From positions 1,574-65,573 of IMG/VR virus record IMGVR_UViG_2531839312_000008: a stretch of 64,000 nucleotides of DNA, one strand, 5' to 3'. The stretch is from a virus. The notes beneath the pieces were generated by a model. It was not told the DNA's origin. It was given only the letters and a program-made list of their open reading frames with translations, and did no database searches. The position numbers and the translations under genes are program-made. Shown piece by piece: positions 1-8,916 of the stretch (the first letter of the stretch is position 1; each line of letters begins with the position of its first letter).

Positions 1-103
1 CTTCAAAGGTTAGAGAAAAATCTGCGGAATCAAGAGTTGTCGTAATTCCGTAATCACTTATTACTTGCTTAGGTGATAATGATTTAGTAATTGTAAAGCT
101 CAT
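1..103 (-). CDS. 5' part of a small tail-associated protein (MSFTITKSLSPKQVISDYG...), truncated by the window edge
   Basis: ATG at 103 with GAGGAGG RBS; open to position 1; directly follows the tailspike gene. Confidence 0.7.
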   Translation of the reverse strand, partial: MSFTITKSLSPKQVISDYGITTTLDSADFSLTFE

Positions 104-136
104 AAATACCTCCTCAATTTAACTGTTCGTCATTGC

Positions 137-2509
137 TTAGGAACTTGATACGACATTCGGAGAGTATCCACTAATTGGATACCAATATGTGCCATTATAA
201 TAAAGCTCAATAGATGACCCAGCGTCTAGCGTCAATGAAGTGGCCCCTTCAACTGAGCCAGATAATATTAGAGAATACGAAGATGAGAGATTTCTAACAA
301 TAAAGCTTTGACCGGTTGTCGTTCCTGTTGGGACGGTGACGGTATCTGTTGAGGCGGTAGACGTAACAAAGTTAATACTTGTTGTTGGGACAAGTGTCCC
401 ACCGACTGAGATGGTCACGTTTGGTCTAATGTTAATAGGTCCTTGGTGGCCAATTGTATACCAAGTACTCCCGTCACCAATCAATTCAATGGTATTGCCG
501 GGTTGTAATTTAACCCCACTTGTTCCCTCATAAGAACCAACTAACGTTACAGAATAGGTGGAGGCTACATTCCTGACTTTAATTATCAAGCCTGCATTTG
601 CTGTAGGCAGATAGACAGTATCAGAGTCAGTGGTTGGTCTTACAAAATTTACCACGTTATAACTTGAGATCGTTCCCCCAATAGTAACTGAGGAGTTTAA
701 TCTCAACCTAAGATATTCAATCTGACCAGACGAATTTATTGCAGTTAAGGTTGAAGATCCTGCTGCATCCTGAATCAGCAACGGATATGAAGAAGCCCCC
801 TTTATTTGGACCCCATAAGTATTATTTTGAAGAAGTGCGCCAACAGTATCAGCAGCAGAGTAGTAGCCTGCTGTATTGGCGGAGTATGAAACAAACCCGT
901 AATTTGTTCCGTCATAGGCAACAAATCCAATATTAAACTCACCTCTGGATTGGAAAGCCTGTCCTACCCCGTAATCACCAAGGTTTACAACATCAAACCC
1001 ATATCCAACATAACCGTCTGTTTTATCATTAATTAACCCTAATTCATAGCCAGCAAACTGTGTTGCTTTAGAGGTTGAAGCAAGGGTGACAACTGTATTT
1101 TGACCCCAAATTTTTGTTGATGGAACAAAAACAGCGGTGGATGATTCACTCGGAGTTCCTGTCGTCCCATCTCCACCCTTGAGATACCATGCAGTGTCTA
1201 CTGTGATGGTTGAATCTGAAAGAGATGTGATTAACCCACTGTAAACTACAGTTGAATCGGATGAATCTGTCACGTCGATTATCTGTCCTGCTCTCAAGTG
1301 CTCAGAGACGCTTGCGATATCTGATGATGTAATTGTATTGGCTGTGAAGGTCGTGTCGGAAGTAGTAAGTAAAGCAGGTGCGCCTTGAATTTGGGTGAAA
1401 AGTAAAACCTGATCCCTATCTGAATACGATCCCAATCCAGAGGCATCGGCAAGTCCTAACACTTGCGTGGTGGGTTCTACATGGTCTGGTGTTGTGAGGT
1501 TACTGAAAGATACTGCCGCTCCTCTATCTTTGTATCCGTCAATCCAATTAAAAGTCTTTAACGTAGACCCAGGAATACAATATTGCTTAGCGCCCAAATA
1601 TGGGATTCTTTCTGATTTAGCAAGAAGCTTTATAGCAGTTTCTTCAACACTGGGGTCAAAATCTGAACGCTCGCTCCCCCCATCCATCAAGCTTATTGAT
1701 TCTGCATTTTTATTGTCCTGCGTTCTAGCAACTGTTCCAGTCAAGCCCTGCTGTGTAGCAACCAATGCCGCCCCGCTTTCGGCTGATGCAAGAGCTGTCC
1801 TTAACAGGCCATCCCCGGACACAGACCATGCGCCAGACTCAATACCACCAGTAGCATCAACTGATGAATTAGCCGGTACAACTTTAGGGAAATCCCCCGT
1901 CCAGTAATACAGGTTTGTACCGTCGTTAATTTGGTCCAGAACGGAATCTAGGGTGGCACCGTCAACGAATGTATTTCCGCCTTTGACTGTATTTGTTAGA
2001 TTATCTTGAACGGATAATCCATTATAGGCCCCCACTAATGCTGCGCCAGAATCTGATGATAGTGCATTGCTGAAACTGTAATTTTGAGCGGTTAATTCAG
2101 CAATGTATTCATAGTTACCAACATTATATTCGTAGTACTCTTTTGCACTGGCCGCGTCATAAGATATATTTGTCCAAGTGCCATCAGAGTTGTATGAATA
2201 CACCTCATCATCAGAGCTATTTTTATACATGTCACCGACTTGTAGAGCGCTGCCATCATTCCTTGTTATGGGTGCAGTACTTTGCGTTCCAATAAACCAT
2301 GATGATAAGCCGGTTGAATAGGAATAGTATTGCTCCGCCAGAGAGGCTGACGCCGATGAGTTATCTGCATAGGTAGAGGCTTGATCTGCATATTCCTGAG
2401 CATCAGTAACAATTGTTGTATTTTGATCTGAGTAAACTTTCGCTGTTGCAGCAGCAACTTTTGCCTCAGAGGCATATCTCTGCGCATTAATTACGTCATT
2501 TGAAGCCAT
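137..2509 (-). CDS. Tailspike / receptor-binding protein
   Basis: YYWTGDFPKVVPANS tailspike N-terminal-type motif, beta-rich body, tandem C-terminal domain repeat, position after the tail fibre. Confidence 0.8.
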   Translation of the reverse strand: MASNDVINAQRYASEAKVAAATAKVYSDQNTTIVTDAQEYADQASTYADNSSASASLAEQYYSYSTGLSSWFIGTQSTAPITRNDGSALQVGDMYKNSSDDEVYSYNSDGTWTNISYDAASAKEYYEYNVGNYEYIAELTAQNYSFSNALSSDSGAALVGAYNGLSVQDNLTNTVKGGNTFVDGATLDSVLDQINDGTNLYYWTGDFPKVVPANSSVDATGGIESGAWSVSGDGLLRTALASAESGAALVATQQGLTGTVARTQDNKNAESISLMDGGSERSDFDPSVEETAIKLLAKSERIPYLGAKQYCIPGSTLKTFNWIDGYKDRGAAVSFSNLTTPDHVEPTTQVLGLADASGLGSYSDRDQVLLFTQIQGAPALLTTSDTTFTANTITSSDIASVSEHLRAGQIIDVTDSSDSTVVYSGLITSLSDSTITVDTAWYLKGGDGTTGTPSESSTAVFVPSTKIWGQNTVVTLASTSKATQFAGYELGLINDKTDGYVGYGFDVVNLGDYGVGQAFQSRGEFNIGFVAYDGTNYGFVSYSANTAGYYSAADTVGALLQNNTYGVQIKGASSYPLLIQDAAGSSTLTAINSSGQIEYLRLRLNSSVTIGGTISSYNVVNFVRPTTDSDTVYLPTANAGLIIKVRNVASTYSVTLVGSYEGTSGVKLQPGNTIELIGDGSTWYTIGHQGPINIRPNVTISVGGTLVPTTSINFVTSTASTDTVTVPTGTTTGQSFIVRNLSSSYSLILSGSVEGATSLTLDAGSSIELYYNGTYWYPISGYSPNVVSSS

Positions 2510-2619
2510 GTTAATTCCCTTCTTGTAATCTTGTGGCTTGTTATTATTTTCGTTGTTAATTATTTGAATTTAAAAATTACTTATTAGGTGTGTAATTGGA
2601 ATTTCGTTGTTTCAATCAA

Positions 2620-3927
2620 CTATGAATACTCTTCAATAATTACAATCCCTACTTTCCCCGCACCGCTAGAATATAGACTCCCTGACATTCCCGTGTCGTA
2701 GGCCCCGCCACCTCCAGAGCCTATAGCTTTTGCATCTGCCCCTCCGCCAGACCCTGCACGACCTCCTCCGCCCCAGTAAGATGGGCCTCCATGCCCAGGG
2801 AAGATATGCGACCCTGATTGACCGTCATAACCGTCGCCACCACTCGTATTAACATCCCCGCCTGTCGCCGTTCCTCCAGTACCACCAGGCGTAGTTGTAG
2901 CATTGAGATAAAAAGCGGCTACTCCTCCATATCCAATTATTGTTCCCGCAAAAGAAGAAAGTGAACCCGCATTACCCGCAACAGCACCGCTCACAGCCGA
3001 ACCGCCAGCGCCAACAACTACGGAGTATGTAAGACTTGATGAAATCGTGAGTTTTTTTATTGCAGTGCCCCCCGCGCCACCTCCGGCACCACCCAGGGTT
3101 TCAGATGTTGATGAGCCTTCGCAGCCCCCGCCAGAAGCACCTCCTCCAGTCACCAATACATTAATCATCCGAGTGCCATCAGAGGGGGTATACGTGTAGC
3201 TTCCTGATGTCGAGAACACTTTCTTACCTATATACCGACCAAAATTAAAATCTTGGACAAGATTAGTACCATCGCCCCGGATCTGATATGAGGTCCCATT
3301 TGGTACAGTGATCCCAGTGCCACTAACCGTGCTACAGATAACGTTGTATTTACCCGTGCAGTTATTTACTACCGTCCAAGTCTTGGCCCATGCGGGGAAA
3401 TAAACATAAATGCTGGCCGTTAAGGTTCCAGATAAAATCACCACATCACGAGCTGCCTGTAAACATGTCAATGTCGAAGCTGTTGCAGATAGTCCGGTTA
3501 CTGCACTTGAACCTGTAAACGCCAGGGGGATCCATCCGGTGCTAGATGCTGCAGTACCTTCTGGGTCGGTGATATTGGCATCTATGGTATTCAACCAATT
3601 GCCTTTAAAATCTGAAGAGCGCAATACCGCCCCTTTAGGATAACCAGTAATAGCGGCAGCAAAGGTTGAATCAAAAGGTATTGCCCCCCCGGCATCGCCC
3701 CATTGAAGCTTATTAGTGATATCGAACAGGATGCCATTAGTATCAAGGCCGGTTGGCGGTTTTCCGCCTGAGGAAATTGCAGTTCGGGTTAATGGTGGAA
3801 ACCCGACATCATAAGTTGCAACACCATCGGATAATGAAGTAGTTGTTGAGCTATTTGCAATGTCGTTATATTCACCGTTTGCAGCAAAAGCAGTAGAGAG
3901 TCGATCGGGGATTCCTGAACTTTTCAT
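2620..3927 (-). CDS. Tail fibre (proximal) protein with Gly-rich C-terminal domain
   Basis: N-terminus typical of the fibre gene after DUF2612 (GFPPLT...GGKPP...NGIL); GGGGAGG repeats. Confidence 0.8.
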   Translation of the reverse strand: MKSSGIPDRLSTAFAANGEYNDIANSSTTTSLSDGVATYDVGFPPLTRTAISSGGKPPTGLDTNGILFDITNKLQWGDAGGAIPFDSTFAAAITGYPKGAVLRSSDFKGNWLNTIDANITDPEGTAASSTGWIPLAFTGSSAVTGLSATASTLTCLQAARDVVILSGTLTASIYVYFPAWAKTWTVVNNCTGKYNVICSTVSGTGITVPNGTSYQIRGDGTNLVQDFNFGRYIGKKVFSTSGSYTYTPSDGTRMINVLVTGGGASGGGCEGSSTSETLGGAGGGAGGTAIKKLTISSSLTYSVVVGAGGSAVSGAVAGNAGSLSSFAGTIIGYGGVAAFYLNATTTPGGTGGTATGGDVNTSGGDGYDGQSGSHIFPGHGGPSYWGGGGRAGSGGGADAKAIGSGGGGAYDTGMSGSLYSSGAGKVGIVIIEEYS

Positions 3928-4538
3928 TAATTGGTCTCAAATATATATGACACGACACATCCCGCAGGGCGGGGGAGAATATTCCCATTTTGAATGATGG
4001 CTAACTCTGGAGTATTTGGTGTAAAGTCGAAGCGATATGACATAGCCATGGGCCCATCATGCTGAACCCAGGCGTTGCCAGAGTCGCTGAACATATACAT
4101 CAGCATGGCATTCATCTTGGGAACGGTGCAGTCAGATATATTTGCCATGGCCTTCATCATGATTGCTTTTCGATAATAATCATCAGACAAAACAACACGG
4201 CCGTCAGTATTCAATGATGGGTCAAAAAAAGGGTAAGTACTGAAGGGTTGTGGATCTGTTGTTGTCGTCACTTCAAGCTCTGCCTCACGAAAACCGAAAT
4301 AAAGGTTTGTATCGCTGTACTCCATGGTGCGGCTTAGATTGACGATTTTTCCCCAGATATTTAGCCCGTAAGTATTCGCAGTGCTGACATCCCAGATATT
4401 CGTATAAAAATCATCAATAAACTCCGATGGGCTTACCGCCTGCCAAAGCAGGTTTGCCATATTGACGATTTTTGGAGAGTTGGAATATTGCCTGAGGATG
4501 ACAGAACTGACGTCGAAGTCAGAAAAGCCTGTCGCCAT
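3927..4538 (-). CDS. Baseplate wedge protein, DUF2612 family
   Basis: QYSNSP, A.TYGL.IWG.IV and LPRPAG motifs; follows baseplate J. Confidence 0.85.
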   Translation of the reverse strand: MATGFSDFDVSSVILRQYSNSPKIVNMANLLWQAVSPSEFIDDFYTNIWDVSTANTYGLNIWGKIVNLSRTMEYSDTNLYFGFREAELEVTTTTDPQPFSTYPFFDPSLNTDGRVVLSDDYYRKAIMMKAMANISDCTVPKMNAMLMYMFSDSGNAWVQHDGPMAMSYRFDFTPNTPELAIIQNGNILPRPAGCVVSYIFETN

Positions 4539-4541
4539 TGA

Positions 4542-5792
4542 TTAGCTGCTCAGTGATACCGTGATGTTCGATGAACTCAGTGTAGGGATCTCGTCGATAC
4601 CGAACTCAAGGCTGGTTGAAAAAGTAGAGTTATCCGTGGAAAGCTCGATGCTTAAAATATTAATGTTCTGCTGATCGATATCCTGCACGCCGCCGTAATA
4701 CCGTCCGGCGTAAATCGTAGAACCGATCCGCGCGCGGGTACCACCATCTTCACCATTGAATGCTTCAAGAATGATAGATTGAACAGATGATGTTAAATCT
4801 TGCGGCAGGTAGTCATTACTCTCTAGCGTAACATTCACGTAAACAGGGATTGTGGTCGGGACTGTCCAGTAATAGGTATATTCCGGGTAATTTGATGTAT
4901 AGTTCGTGTCGTCGGTCACAGTGTAAGAGGTTTCATTTGACGTCGAGCATTCAGTAGCGCAGCCGGGATTTAACTTGTTATAAAATGCATCTGCCACATC
5001 AGAAGAGTCCCCGCCATAAACAGCGATGTAGGCCGTGCCAACGGGGATACTTACGGCTGTAGAACCCTTGGATATAACGGTCGTCGTATTGTTTGAAAAC
5101 ACGTAAACATCGGTAACATCTGTGATCCCCAGCAGCGCAGCATAAAGCGCTTCAATGGTGTTTTTGCTGTTAGCAGTGACCATCTGGCGACGACGCCACT
5201 CAAAATTATTTCGCGACTCCTCTTCCGACCCCAGCACGCCAGCGGCATCGTTCGTAATGCCTGACCAGCCCGTAACGGCCTGATAGATAGTGGTCAGCGT
5301 GCCTGCGGCGCATTCGATAGGCCCAGTACTCGAGTTCGTGAAAACTACTGAGGCTGTCCCATCACTGCCTATCGTTGCGTCGGCCGTGGAGTAATATATA
5401 TACCCGCTTGTGTCCTGGGCATAACTTCCCGACGGAATATCCGTGTCAACCAGCCCTGTACAAGTTGCTGTTACTGTCGTGCCCGTCGCCGGGTTACGGT
5501 CAATAAAATACATCTGCCCGATCGCATCTTGGAATCGGCCGCTGGAATAATCCGGGTTAATCATATTCGCGAAGGCCAGCAACTGGTCATTTTTATCGCC
5601 GACAATGGCGGTTTCAACCATCGCGTATTGTCCTTGCGGCGTCGTTAAGTCTGTACTGGCATCGGTGCCATAAGCTGTCTGCGCATCCGTTAACGAGCCA
5701 TTGAGGACATCAATTAAATCAGGCGCAGTAATGCCCTCAGTGCTAAATGTCATCGACGGCACCGCGGTTGAAACTGTTGTGGTGGTGGTCAT
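4542..5792 (-). CDS. Baseplate J-like protein
   Basis: TPQGQ, GR.QDAIG..YF..R and ITND.AG..G.EEESR motifs; synteny. Confidence 0.9.
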   Translation of the reverse strand: MTTTTTVSTAVPSMTFSTEGITAPDLIDVLNGSLTDAQTAYGTDASTDLTTPQGQYAMVETAIVGDKNDQLLAFANMINPDYSSGRFQDAIGQMYFIDRNPATGTTVTATCTGLVDTDIPSGSYAQDTSGYIYYSTADATIGSDGTASVVFTNSSTGPIECAAGTLTTIYQAVTGWSGITNDAAGVLGSEEESRNNFEWRRRQMVTANSKNTIEALYAALLGITDVTDVYVFSNNTTTVISKGSTAVSIPVGTAYIAVYGGDSSDVADAFYNKLNPGCATECSTSNETSYTVTDDTNYTSNYPEYTYYWTVPTTIPVYVNVTLESNDYLPQDLTSSVQSIILEAFNGEDGGTRARIGSTIYAGRYYGGVQDIDQQNINILSIELSTDNSTFSTSLEFGIDEIPTLSSSNITVSLSS

Positions 5793-5799
5793 GAATACC

Positions 5800-6159
5800 T
5801 CAGAGGACTAGTGTGGAAGAGGTTCCGTTTGAGTCCGTAATGGATATGTAGCCAGAAGTATCGCGCGTGGCGCGATTAGGGATGAGTGTTACGGTCGCGC
5901 TTTGGACATAACTCAGGCGAGTAGCCTGCTTCTGCAACCAGGATGATAACGTTGTGGTTGTCACCGGCCGACCGAGTAGAGTATCGAAATAGGGGATCCC
6001 GATAGTGGTATCGTAAATAACCTCACCCAGTATCGTCTTGCAGGCACAGGCAACGTCTTGGGCAACCGAGTATGGATTGGTGACAGTCTTTAACGAACCG
6101 TTGCCATCAAGAACCAAGTCCCATGTATCAGGATCGAGATAAAGCGATCGCGTTTGCAT
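5800..6159 (-). CDS. Baseplate wedge (gp25/gpW-like) protein
   Basis: Start MQTRSLYLDPDTWDL with GGAGG RBS; GE..YDTT.GIPYF motif; synteny. Confidence 0.75.
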   Translation of the reverse strand: MQTRSLYLDPDTWDLVLDGNGSLKTVTNPYSVAQDVACACKTILGEVIYDTTIGIPYFDTLLGRPVTTTTLSSWLQKQATRLSYVQSATVTLIPNRATRDTSGYISITDSNGTSSTLVL

Positions 6160-6181
6160 ACGCCTCCGATGTTTGGCCAAT

Positions 6182-6206
6182 AAAAAACCCCGCCGGAGCG
6201 AGGTTT
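6182..6206 (-). terminator. Intrinsic terminator
   Basis: AAACCTCGC-TCCG-GCGGGGTTT hairpin followed by a T run on the minus strand. Confidence 0.6.
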
Positions 6207-6334
6207 ATGTCAATTATGTTGTTAATTCCTGAACGCTATATTCTGGTTATCGAATTGTTTGTTTAAATTTTAAATTCACTGCTTTTTTAACGCATGCTTT
6301 CTGATAATCTGAAACCGAAATCAAAGGAGAAACT

Positions 6335-6523
6335 ATGAAAAAAATCATTTTATTGCTTGCAGTACTTGCCTGCTCATCAACACTCACAGGTTGCATATGG
6401 CCTGGATGGGGACCTGGCGGCGGTGGTGGCGGCGGCGGTGGCCCGTCACAAGGTGGCGGTGGTGGCGGGGGCGGTGGCGGCGGCCCGTCACAAGGTGGCG
6501 GCGGTGGCGGCGGCCCGGGCTGA
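6335..6523 (+). CDS. Small Gly-rich lipoprotein (moron)
   Basis: AAGGAG RBS, signal peptide with LTG/C lipobox, mature part of poly-Gly tracts separated by PSQ. Confidence 0.8.
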   Translation: MKKIILLLAVLACSSTLTGCIWPGWGPGGGGGGGGGPSQGGGGGGGGGGGPSQGGGGGGGPG

Positions 6524-6614
6524 TAATCTAAACCACTGATCTTTTATCAGGATATGAAACTTCAAGATTTGACGTAATCTCAATACTCCTATCACAAACT
6601 GTAAGGTAAACAAC

Positions 6615-6752
6615 ATGAAAAAAGTTGCTGCTCTGATGGTTATGGCTCTTACACTAACATTTGCTACTAGCGTTATGGCTTGCCCTAAGGGTACCCACCT
6701 TACAGGTGGAAAAGGAGCCCACCATAAAGGCGGGATCTGCACTAAAAAATAA
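6615..6752 (+). CDS. 45-aa secreted Cys/His/Gly peptide (MKKVAALMVMALTLTFATSVMA-CPKGTHLTGGKGAHHKGGICTKK), absent from the ORF track
   Basis: TAAGGT RBS, Sec signal ending VMA, two Cys, terminator immediately after. Confidence 0.75.
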   Translation: MKKVAALMVMALTLTFATSVMACPKGTHLTGGKGAHHKGGICTKK

Positions 6753-6765
6753 TGGTCTTATATAG

Positions 6766-6790
6766 AACCTCGCATCTGCGGGGTTTTATT
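6766..6790 (+). terminator. Intrinsic terminator after the peptide gene
   Basis: AACCTCGCA-TC-TGCGGGGTT hairpin plus T run. Confidence 0.65.
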
Positions 6791-6799
6791 TACTGATAC

Positions 6800-6822
6800 A
6801 AAAAGCCCATCTTAGTGGGCTT
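6800..6822. repeat. GCCCAYCTKAGTGGGC hairpin, copy 1 of 4
   Basis: aaaaagcccatcttagtgggctt; other copies at 8858, 11368 and 12734. Confidence 0.8.
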
Positions 6823-6824
6823 GG

Positions 6825-7199
6825 TCACTGCGCCAAACTTCGAAGCTTTTCTGCTACTGATTGCAGGTCATGAAGCCCCTGTGCAGCTTCAGCTATATAA
6901 TCAGCAAAGCCAACAACGGGCGCTATCGTCACCCCGTTCATGTCCAAGAACACCATTGCAGATGCTATGGCAGTTCGCTTATTGGCGTCGTTGAAGCCAT
7001 GACCGCGTGCTATGGATAGCAGCAGTGCAGCGGACAGAACAAACAGGTCAGTTTCACTCTCATAAATATTAAGATTCTCAACCCGCGCAACCATCCCTTC
7101 CACCAGGCCAATATCCCTGAAACCCGGCAAGCCACCATAAGCTTCTAACTGGCTATCGTGGATCGAAATAACCTGCCCGACAGTTAAAAAGTAAATCAT
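6825..7199 (-). CDS. doc: Doc (Fic-family) toxin
   Basis: HGFNDANKRTA Doc motif; ATGA overlap with the antitoxin. Confidence 0.92.
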   Translation of the reverse strand: MIYFLTVGQVISIHDSQLEAYGGLPGFRDIGLVEGMVARVENLNIYESETDLFVLSAALLLSIARGHGFNDANKRTAIASAMVFLDMNGVTIAPVVGFADYIAEAAQGLHDLQSVAEKLRSLAQ

Positions 7200-7420
7200 T
7201 TATCAGCCAATTCCTTGAACAGAGCCTGATTTCCCGGCTTATTCATCACCTTGGCAAGTGACGCTTCAAACTTAGCCTGCTGCAAGGCCGCAAACTGTTC
7301 GGCACTTATCACAACAACATCAGGGGCCATACGACGGGTAATGGTAACGGGCTGGTCTACAGCCTTGTTGAGAACATCAGCGAACTGAGCACGGGCATCT
7401 GAGTAGGTTAATGTGATCAT
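7196..7420 (-). CDS. phd: Phd/YefM antitoxin
   Basis: TYSDARAQFADVLNKAV...PVTITRR...VVVIS pattern; upstream of doc. Confidence 0.9.
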   Translation of the reverse strand: MITLTYSDARAQFADVLNKAVDQPVTITRRMAPDVVVISAEQFAALQQAKFEASLAKVMNKPGNQALFKELADK

Positions 7421-7455
7421 TTGAAACACTCCGGGGATAATAAGAATACAACTGA

Positions 7456-7485
7456 ATTGTACAACTCAATTAATATCCCCGTCAA
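7456..7485 (-). promoter_or_regulatory. phd-doc promoter with TGTACA-type operator
   Basis: TTGACG-18bp-TACAAT with palindrome TTGTACAA over the -10. Confidence 0.7.
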
Positions 7486-7549
7486 TATTGATGTAGTCCT
7501 CCTACCACCTAAGCGGGCTGTTGGCGTGGTGATTTTGGTTTGTTTAATG

Positions 7550-7939
7550 TTATTGGGTAAGAGAATTCATCGCGAAAATGAATGCTGTAGCTGTATTAAG
7601 AGCCACATATGCTTCACCTTCTTCCATTTTAACATTCAGATGGTAATCGGCTGCATGCCTTCTATGCTTGACTTTTGTTAGCTGTAAGGAAAGGTTATTG
7701 CAAAGGTCCTGGGGATAATGGTGAACTCTTGGAAGGCTAAGATTTATGTAATCGGCCATTCTTTCATGTGAGCCCTTCTTTTTGATGCTGCTATCTTTCT
7801 TGCATGACAAACCGTACTGATTCGCTGCATGACTATACATTGAATAATAGGCCCTGCTCACAGCATTTCGCACACCTATCTCGGTTTCAGTAGAAATTCT
7901 TTTTGCAAATTCTAAGAAATCGTTCGAGTTAACTGACAT
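7550..7939 (-). CDS. HEPN-domain protein (copy 1)
   Basis: RNAVSRAYYSMY...SH...RRHAADY motifs of the MNT-associated HEPN family. Confidence 0.8.
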   Translation of the reverse strand: MSVNSNDFLEFAKRISTETEIGVRNAVSRAYYSMYSHAANQYGLSCKKDSSIKKKGSHERMADYINLSLPRVHHYPQDLCNNLSLQLTKVKHRRHAADYHLNVKMEEGEAYVALNTATAFIFAMNSLTQ

Positions 7940-8696
7940 GAGCACCTCCAAAAAATATAACAGGGGTGACGTGCGTATAATCCAGCATAGAATCAGTAAT
8001 TAGGCGATCTAGTTTTCTATCAAGCTCTTGGAACCGATCATGGCAATCCTCGTGCAGATAAAAAGCATAACAATAGCAATCCTCGTCATCCTTCCACACC
8101 TTGGTATCGATAATAGGCAACCCTTCTTCCTCTGCAAGCTTTAGAACCAAGTTCGCAGCTAAATTCAGGCTTTCTCTTTCTCCTTCAGAAGCGTCGCCCA
8201 AAGTAGAAAGCATCTCTTTAGATTCACTAAACATTTTGTTTATGCCCATATCATCGCTCTGATTGTTCTCTGCATTAAGTTGAGCCAATTTTCTTTCGAT
8301 ATCTTTTAGCATGCTAAATTCGCACCATTTGGCCGCGACGTGCGAAGCGTATTTAAGCAAATGAAGGTTATTCAATGACAGGGATTTCTTAAGATAGAAT
8401 AGCTCCCTACTGTACCTTTTATTTACACCAAAAGAAGCAGCGGTGTTACTTATCACGAATCCCCTTTGCTCAGGTGGACAATCGGCAAAGGCCCTATCAA
8501 AAAAATCTACCGCACCAAGCACGTCATCTTCTATCAGCCTGGTAATGCCATAAGCCACATTCCTTTGATACTCAAATGGTAGCGTGGGTATTAGCTTTTC
8601 AAGCAATGCCAATGACACCGAGTCATCTGGATGAGATAGCTGCTCGAACAGGGGATCGATAATTTCGGCTGAATTTCTAAAAGCTAGAATAGGCAT
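7929..8696 (-). CDS. TPR-like helical protein with small alpha/beta C-terminal domain, HEPN partner (copy 1)
   Basis: Helical-repeat pattern (A..FFDRAFA..P); overlaps HEPN start; similar length and pattern to 11868..12626. Confidence 0.65.
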   Translation of the reverse strand: MPILAFRNSAEIIDPLFEQLSHPDDSVSLALLEKLIPTLPFEYQRNVAYGITRLIEDDVLGAVDFFDRAFADCPPEQRGFVISNTAASFGVNKRYSRELFYLKKSLSLNNLHLLKYASHVAAKWCEFSMLKDIERKLAQLNAENNQSDDMGINKMFSESKEMLSTLGDASEGERESLNLAANLVLKLAEEEGLPIIDTKVWKDDEDCYCYAFYLHEDCHDRFQELDRKLDRLITDSMLDYTHVTPVIFFGGAHVS

Positions 8697-8857
8697 AATT
8701 TTAAACCATTAGGGGGACGCCTAAATCTATCATGAGGATAAAATTGCAATTAGATGGTGATTTGAACAGTTATACTTTAGCATTAGTAAATAGCCCATAT
8801 CGAAATGCAGTGACCAGCTCCCCGTTGACTTCCTAAACGAGTACCATTCCGACATTT

Positions 8858-8881
8858 AAAAAAGCCCACCTGAGTGGGCTT
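8858..8881. repeat. GCCCACCTGAGTGGGC hairpin/terminator, copy 2
   Basis: aaaaaagcccacctgagtgggctt. Confidence 0.8.
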
Positions 8882-8916
8882 GGTTTGATGATTCTATTGA
8901 CAGAATTTTCGACCGA

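Noticed and set aside
137-3927. Diversity-generating retroelement or invertible tail-fibre cassette
   Set aside because: No reverse transcriptase, invertase, template/variable repeat pair or flanking inverted sites seen in the window
6357-6742. ORFs 6357..6539 (+) and 6488..6742 (-)
   Set aside because: Alternative-frame or antisense shadows of the Gly-rich lipoprotein and the secreted peptide
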